This document shows positions 16,405 to 20,402 of a stretch of DNA of 20,402 nt, piece by piece. Source of the stretch: Coleofasciculus chthonoplastes F2-STO-03 (GTDB lineage Bacteria; Cyanobacteriota; Cyanobacteriia; Cyanobacteriales; Coleofasciculaceae). Made by a program: the position numbers and the translations under genes. Location: the NCBI GenBank assembly GCA_040222015.1, contig JAVJWO010000140.1, forward strand, positions 1 through 20,402, written 5' to 3'. Numbering within the stretch: position 1 is the first letter of the stretch; the number at the start of each line of letters is the position of its first letter. The notes beneath the pieces are model-generated. The model saw only the letters and a program-made list of their open reading frames with translations, searched no databases and was not told the DNA's origin.

Positions 16405-17664
16405 ATGTTCCAAAAGTCATTAACCCGTACCCAAATGCGCTGGCTTATGTTCCTCAGCCAATGGCGGGAATTAGACTGGCAGCTATTATTTGTTACACTT
16501 GGTCTCACCCTTCTCGGTGGGGTAATGATTCGCAGTGCCGAAATGAATGAGGGGCTAACCGATTGGTGGTGGCACTGGATCATTGGCAGTATTGGTATAA
16601 CTCTGTGTTTTCTGATCGCGCGATCGCGTTACGAAATCTTACTCCAATGGCATTGGATGGTTTATGCGGTGACGAATATCTCGTTGTTTGCGGTGATGAT
16701 TATGGGAACGACGGCAAATGGCGCACAACGGTGGCTGAATATCCTAGGCTTTCACGTTCAACCGTCGGAATTTGCCAAAATTGGCTTGATTATCACCCTC
16801 GCCGCGATTATCCACTGGCAACCGGCTTCAACATTAAATGCGGTATTCCGCATCTTAGCCATTGCCGCTGTTCCCTGGCTATTTGTATTTTTAGAGCCAA
16901 ACTTGGGAACCTCATTGGTGTTTGGTGCGATTACGATGGGAATGCTCTATTGGGGAAATGCTAATCCCGGATGGCTAATCCTTTTCGCATCTCCCATCGT
17001 TTCCGCGATCATGTTCAATGTATTTTTGCCCGGGTGGTTTGTCTGGGTAGGAGCGATGATGTTGATTGGTTGGCGGACTTTACCGTGGTCCCTCTTTGGT
17101 GGGATGGGAGCATTGGTTGCCAATGCGATTTCGGGGGGATTAGGAAACTTGTTGTGGGGATTGCTTCAAGATTATCAAAAAGACCGATTGATTCTTTTCT
17201 TAGATCCGGATAAAGATCCCTTAGGCGGAGGATATCACTTGATTCAGTCTCGAATTGCCATTGGCGCAGGTCAACTCACGGGAAGAGGACTGTATCAGGG
17301 GACGCAAACCCAACTCCACTTTATTCCGGAACAGCATACCGATTTTATCTTTTCTGCCATTGGTGAAGAACTCGGATTTATTGGTTGTTTGCTTGTCCTA
17401 TTTACCTTTTGGCTGTTGTGTTTACGGTTAGTGATCATTGCTCAAAATGCTAAGGATAACTTTGGCTCACTCTTGGCAATTGGTGTACTATCGATGATTG
17501 TGTTTCAAACTGTAGTCAACATCGGTATGAATATTGGTTTAGCCCCGATTACTGGGATTCCACTACCGTTGTTAAGTTATGGGCGATCGGCATTACTGGC
17601 AAATTTTTTAGCGATTGGATTAGTGGAATCGGTTGCCAATCACCGACACCGATTGAAGTTTTAG
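16405..17664 (+). CDS. rodA: Rod shape-determining SEDS protein RodA
   Basis: GAQRWL, QPSEFAK, PEQHTDFIF, GEELGF and TGIPLPLLSYG motifs. Confidence 0.93.
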   Translation: MFQKSLTRTQMRWLMFLSQWRELDWQLLFVTLGLTLLGGVMIRSAEMNEGLTDWWWHWIIGSIGITLCFLIARSRYEILLQWHWMVYAVTNISLFAVMIMGTTANGAQRWLNILGFHVQPSEFAKIGLIITLAAIIHWQPASTLNAVFRILAIAAVPWLFVFLEPNLGTSLVFGAITMGMLYWGNANPGWLILFASPIVSAIMFNVFLPGWFVWVGAMMLIGWRTLPWSLFGGMGALVANAISGGLGNLLWGLLQDYQKDRLILFLDPDKDPLGGGYHLIQSRIAIGAGQLTGRGLYQGTQTQLHFIPEQHTDFIFSAIGEELGFIGCLLVLFTFWLLCLRLVIIAQNAKDNFGSLLAIGVLSMIVFQTVVNIGMNIGLAPITGIPLPLLSYGRSALLANFLAIGLVESVANHRHRLKF

Positions 17665-17697
17665 TTATTCGTCATTGGTCATTTGTCCTTTGTAAGG

Positions 17698-17755
17698 GTA
17701 GGACTTAGGCAAATGTTCTATATGTAGGGTGTGTTAGCGTAGCGTAACGCACCTT
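17698..17755 (+). repeat. REP/MITE-like unit, left copy of an inverted pair around ndhS
   Basis: GTAGGACTTAGGCAAATGTTCTATATGTAGGGTGTGTTAGCGTAGCGTAACGCACCTT; its reverse complement aligns with 18067-18128. Confidence 0.75.
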
Positions 17756-17863
17756 GACCAATATCTAGAGTTTAGCTGCGTAAGGTTTGAGGACAAATTA
17801 GCTAAACTATCAGCTAGCACATTATAGTAAGCTGAAGAGATAGAGATTTAGGGGTAAAAAGCT

Positions 17864-18049
17864 ATGATTCTTCCTGGCTCAATTGTGCGCGTTATCAACG
17901 GTGATGATATTTACTATAAATTTGAAGGGATAGTCCAGCGCATTGGTGATGGGAAAGCGGGTGTGCTGTTTGAAGGGGGTAACTGGGATAAAATTGTCAC
18001 GTTCAATTTATCGGAACTTGAAGAGGTGACACCTAAAGGCAAAAAGTAA
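17864..18049 (+). CDS. ndhS: NAD(P)H-quinone oxidoreductase (NDH-1) subunit S
   Basis: [41 protein letters not shown] matches the cyanobacterial NdhS SH3-like protein. Confidence 0.93.
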   Translation: MILPGSIVRVINGDDIYYKFEGIVQRIGDGKAGVLFEGGNWDKIVTFNLSELEEVTPKGKK

Positions 18050-18066
18050 AAAGATGCTTGTTAAAA

Positions 18067-18128
18067 AAGGTGCGTTAGCGTAGCGTAACGCACCCTACAT
18101 ACATATAGAACCTTTGCGTAAATCCTAC
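18067..18128 (-). repeat. REP/MITE-like unit, right copy of an inverted pair around ndhS
   Basis: AAGGTGCGTTAGCGTAGCGTAACGCACCCTACATACATATAGAACCTTTGCGTAAATCCTAC. Confidence 0.75.
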
Positions 18129-18177
18129 TTAATGTCAACAGCTACAAAATCGTATTAGTAATCAATAAAACACAACA

Positions 18178-18205
18178 AATGACAAATGACGAATGACAAA
18201 GGACT
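18178..18205 (+). repeat. STRR-type heptamer repeat
   Basis: AATGACA AATGACG AATGACA AAGGACT. Confidence 0.75.
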
Positions 18206-18210
18206 AAACT

Positions 18211-18879
18211 ATGCGCCTTCCTTTACCCCAGTTTACGGCTGGAGAACGCCCTGATCATCACATTGCAGAAGTCATTGAAACGGCAACTACAGAATTTCTG
18301 GCACAATGTTTAGAGCCAGAAGATTTGAGTTTTCCTGTCATGCCACCTTTTGGCAGTTGGGTCAAATCTGTTGATGAAGAATCGGGAAATCAGGTTATGG
18401 CAATTGTTTACCATGCCACAACTAGCCCGATTGATTCAGTTCACCGGGCTGTCGCGTTGGGATTGTCACTGGCAGAATTGCGAGAGCAACAACCGCAGAT
18501 TTTTGCCATGCTGAAAACGGAGTTTCGGGCGGCGATTGTTGGGTTTATCCCGCCTGGGGAGGGACATAATGGTGACCAACCCCCTAGAGGACGAGCCTAT
18601 CAATATTTGCCTCCTCGTCCGCCGCAAATTCATCAGGCTGTCTATCAATGTCAACCAGACGAGATTATTCACTTTAGTGAACAATTGGATTTTTTACGCA
18701 CCCTTCTCTTAGTGACTGGAGCGCCAGTAGAAGCGTTAACGGCGGCAGCGATCCGAGAAGTCTATCAAATCCGTAAGGGCGATCGCGACTGGTTAGTTCA
18801 AGCAGGGCGAACCTTAAGTGTTTTACTCAAGGATGATTATGACCGTTTGCGGTATATTTTGAGTCAACTACATTGGTAA
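18211..18879 (+). CDS. Conserved cyanobacterial HAS-barrel domain protein
   Basis: IAEVIETATTEFLAQC, PPFGSWVK and YQYLPPRPPQIHQAVY recalled from this family; commonly found next to ndhS. Confidence 0.75.
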   Translation: MRLPLPQFTAGERPDHHIAEVIETATTEFLAQCLEPEDLSFPVMPPFGSWVKSVDEESGNQVMAIVYHATTSPIDSVHRAVALGLSLAELREQQPQIFAMLKTEFRAAIVGFIPPGEGHNGDQPPRGRAYQYLPPRPPQIHQAVYQCQPDEIIHFSEQLDFLRTLLLVTGAPVEALTAAAIREVYQIRKGDRDWLVQAGRTLSVLLKDDYDRLRYILSQLHW

Positions 18880-18954
18880 CGGATTTAGTATCAATTCCCG
18901 TAACACCCTCAGTTGAGCTTAGTTCTAGACGCTAGATTGAAACTGTCTTGACTT

Positions 18955-19116
18955 TTAACCGCTCCAGATGATTCCTCGCATTACATTTTCGTTGTTCAGT
19001 ACAGTTCTTTTGTTGTCTTGCTCAACAATCCCGCAACCCGTTCCAACTCCTGCTAATAGTCCAGACACGACAACAGTAGCAGAAACTTTCCGCAATTCTC
19101 AGACTGAGTGAAACAT
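18955..19116 (-). pseudogene. Possible degraded lipoprotein gene remnant
   Basis: Reads MFHSV*ELRKVSATVVVSGLLAGVGTGCGIVEQDNK...SG*: basic region, hydrophobic core and GC lipobox-like site, interrupted by TGA at codon 6. Confidence 0.35.
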
Positions 19117-19179
19117 CAGAATTGCAGCCACACCCCAGTTTGAGAAACAATATAACTATCCCGTATACCAGTAGGAGTT

Positions 19180-19470
19180 ATGTCTGAACAGTTTACCCAA
19201 CAAGTGAGCGATCGCATCTGTAAGCACATGAATGAGGATCATGCTGACGCGATCGCGCTTTATGCCCGCACCTTCGGGAATTCTCCCGATACGGAGGCGG
19301 CTCAAATGCAATCCATTGATGCGACAGGGATGAATTTAATCGCCCAACGTCAGGGTGAGTCGGTTCCCTTACGCATTGAATTTGATCACACCCTCAAAGA
19401 CTCCGAAGATGCCCACCACACCTTAATTGACATGGTGAAGCAAGCCAGAGGTGCGGCTAAATCAACCTAG
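19180..19470 (+). CDS. DUF2470 domain protein (heme utilization / GluTR-binding-like)
   Basis: RICKHMNEDHADA and IDATGM motifs; AGGAG RBS. Confidence 0.88.
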   Translation: MSEQFTQQVSDRICKHMNEDHADAIALYARTFGNSPDTEAAQMQSIDATGMNLIAQRQGESVPLRIEFDHTLKDSEDAHHTLIDMVKQARGAAKST

Positions 19471-20212
19471 CGACGTGATAAATTAACGGAGCGGCTACCA
19501 ACGCGGGTAAAAAGGATGCAACACGGATGTGGGTCAACTGTAACAAGTTGATTCCCGTCCCCAAAATCATTAATCCCCCCACCCCTGTAATCAAAAGAAT
19601 GCGGGGATCAGTGGCGGGATCGGGGATTGCTTGCGCCAATACTCCCGCCACCAGAGAAATTCCGCCCTGATAGACGAGAATCACAATAATCGAAAAACCC
19701 ACACCAATTCCAAAACTACTCGAAAGTGCGATCGCGGCGATTCCATCCATTACGGCTTTCAGTGTCAGCAAGGTATCGTCACCCGTCAAGCCATTATTCA
19801 GACTTCCTAGCAACGTCATTGGACCTACACAAAACAATAAGCTAGCCGCCACAAACCCTTCTGTGAACGCACCACTTCCGCGAAACCGAGTTTTCAGCCA
19901 ATGTCCCACCGATTGCAGTCTAGCTTCAATTTGCCACCATTCTCCCAGTAATCCTCCCAAGACAATGCTAATCAGTGCCAACACCACACCATCAATGCGC
20001 CCTGCTTGCACCTGAGTCATACTCGCCGCCATGGTGACACCCAGAAATAGGGTGAGAAGCCCTACCCCTTGGGTGATAATTTGTTGCATGGGTTTAGGTA
20101 AACGGTGCTTAAGTAACAACCCAACTGTTGTGCCAATCGCTACCGTTATTACATTTATCCAAGTGCCGCTTGTCTTGGCAAAGAAATCAGTTAGCAAAAT
20201 ATTAACTGTCAA
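19457..20212 (-). CDS. DUF554-family membrane protein
   Basis: GTWIN..., EGFVAASLLFCVGPM, LKAVMDG, GIGVGFS and YQG motifs; multi-TM. The 3' end overlaps the DUF2470 gene by 14 bp. Confidence 0.9.
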   Translation of the reverse strand: MTVNILLTDFFAKTSGTWINVITVAIGTTVGLLLKHRLPKPMQQIITQGVGLLTLFLGVTMAASMTQVQAGRIDGVVLALISIVLGGLLGEWWQIEARLQSVGHWLKTRFRGSGAFTEGFVAASLLFCVGPMTLLGSLNNGLTGDDTLLTLKAVMDGIAAIALSSSFGIGVGFSIIVILVYQGGISLVAGVLAQAIPDPATDPRILLITGVGGLMILGTGINLLQLTHIRVASFLPALVAAPLIYHVARLI

Positions 20213-20243
20213 CGTGAATACATTAACCTTACGCCCAAAAACC

Positions 20244-20402
20244 GTAGGGGCGCATAGACGTGCATTGGTGTCAACTTAAGGTGCAAACTAATACTGACAA
20301 GGTTTTAAGCTGTGTCTGTCTACTCCTCGACATTTCCCCCTCATCCCCTAACCCCTTCTCCCACCGTGGGGAGAAGGGGAACCCTCACCCCCATCCCCTC
20401 TC
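20244..20402 (+). repeat. Nested small repeats: GTAG REP start, MITE-like end TTGGTGTCAACTTAAG, and CCCTCA.CCC...CTCCC hairpin repeats
   Basis: GTAGGGGCGCAT (20244) is interrupted by TTGGTGTCAACTTAAG (20265-20280). A CCCCTTCTCCC...GGGAGAAGGGG stem follows, and a second unit runs off the window. Confidence 0.6.

Noticed and set aside
8784..19470. Novel tetrapyrrole/photosynthesis operon (thf1, cpcT, hemF, mrp, ndhS, DUF2470)
   Set aside because: Genes are on mixed strands and, from memory, much of this order is ordinary cyanobacterial synteny.

Overview
Cyanobacterial chromosomal segment. Evidence for this: many HIP1 GCGATCGC octamers, thf1/psb29, ndhS, a cpcT-type lyase, STRR heptamer repeats and GTAG-type REP palindromes; probably a filamentous cyanobacterium. 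The backbone is mostly housekeeping: usp, TPR and SH3 secreted proteins, wzc-like kinase, GT4, fabG, thioredoxin, thf1, STAS protein, hemF, SRPBCC protein, mrp, rodA, ndhS, HAS-barrel protein, DUF2470 and DUF554. Four IS200/IS605-family elements are superimposed on it. One is a complete tnpB-only element with intact RuvC D-E-D (12806-~14306). One is the left end and first codons of a second tnpB element at the window edge (1-137). Two are ~350-bp elements with no protein gene (1059-1409 and ~9667-10019); each has IS605-type hairpin ends, an internal -10 box and a structured non-coding interior running into the right end, making them candidate guide-RNA (omegaRNA)-only elements that would need TnpA/TnpB in trans. 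One sits 22 bp upstream of the usp start codon; the other abuts a cpcT-like gene that has lost its 5' end. Other oddities: an orphan, stuttered CRISPR-type repeat truncating a Crp/Fnr gene, a REP-like insert in the tnpB omegaRNA region, and inverted repeats bracketing ndhS. All calls are from reading the sequence and remembered family motifs; no searches were run.
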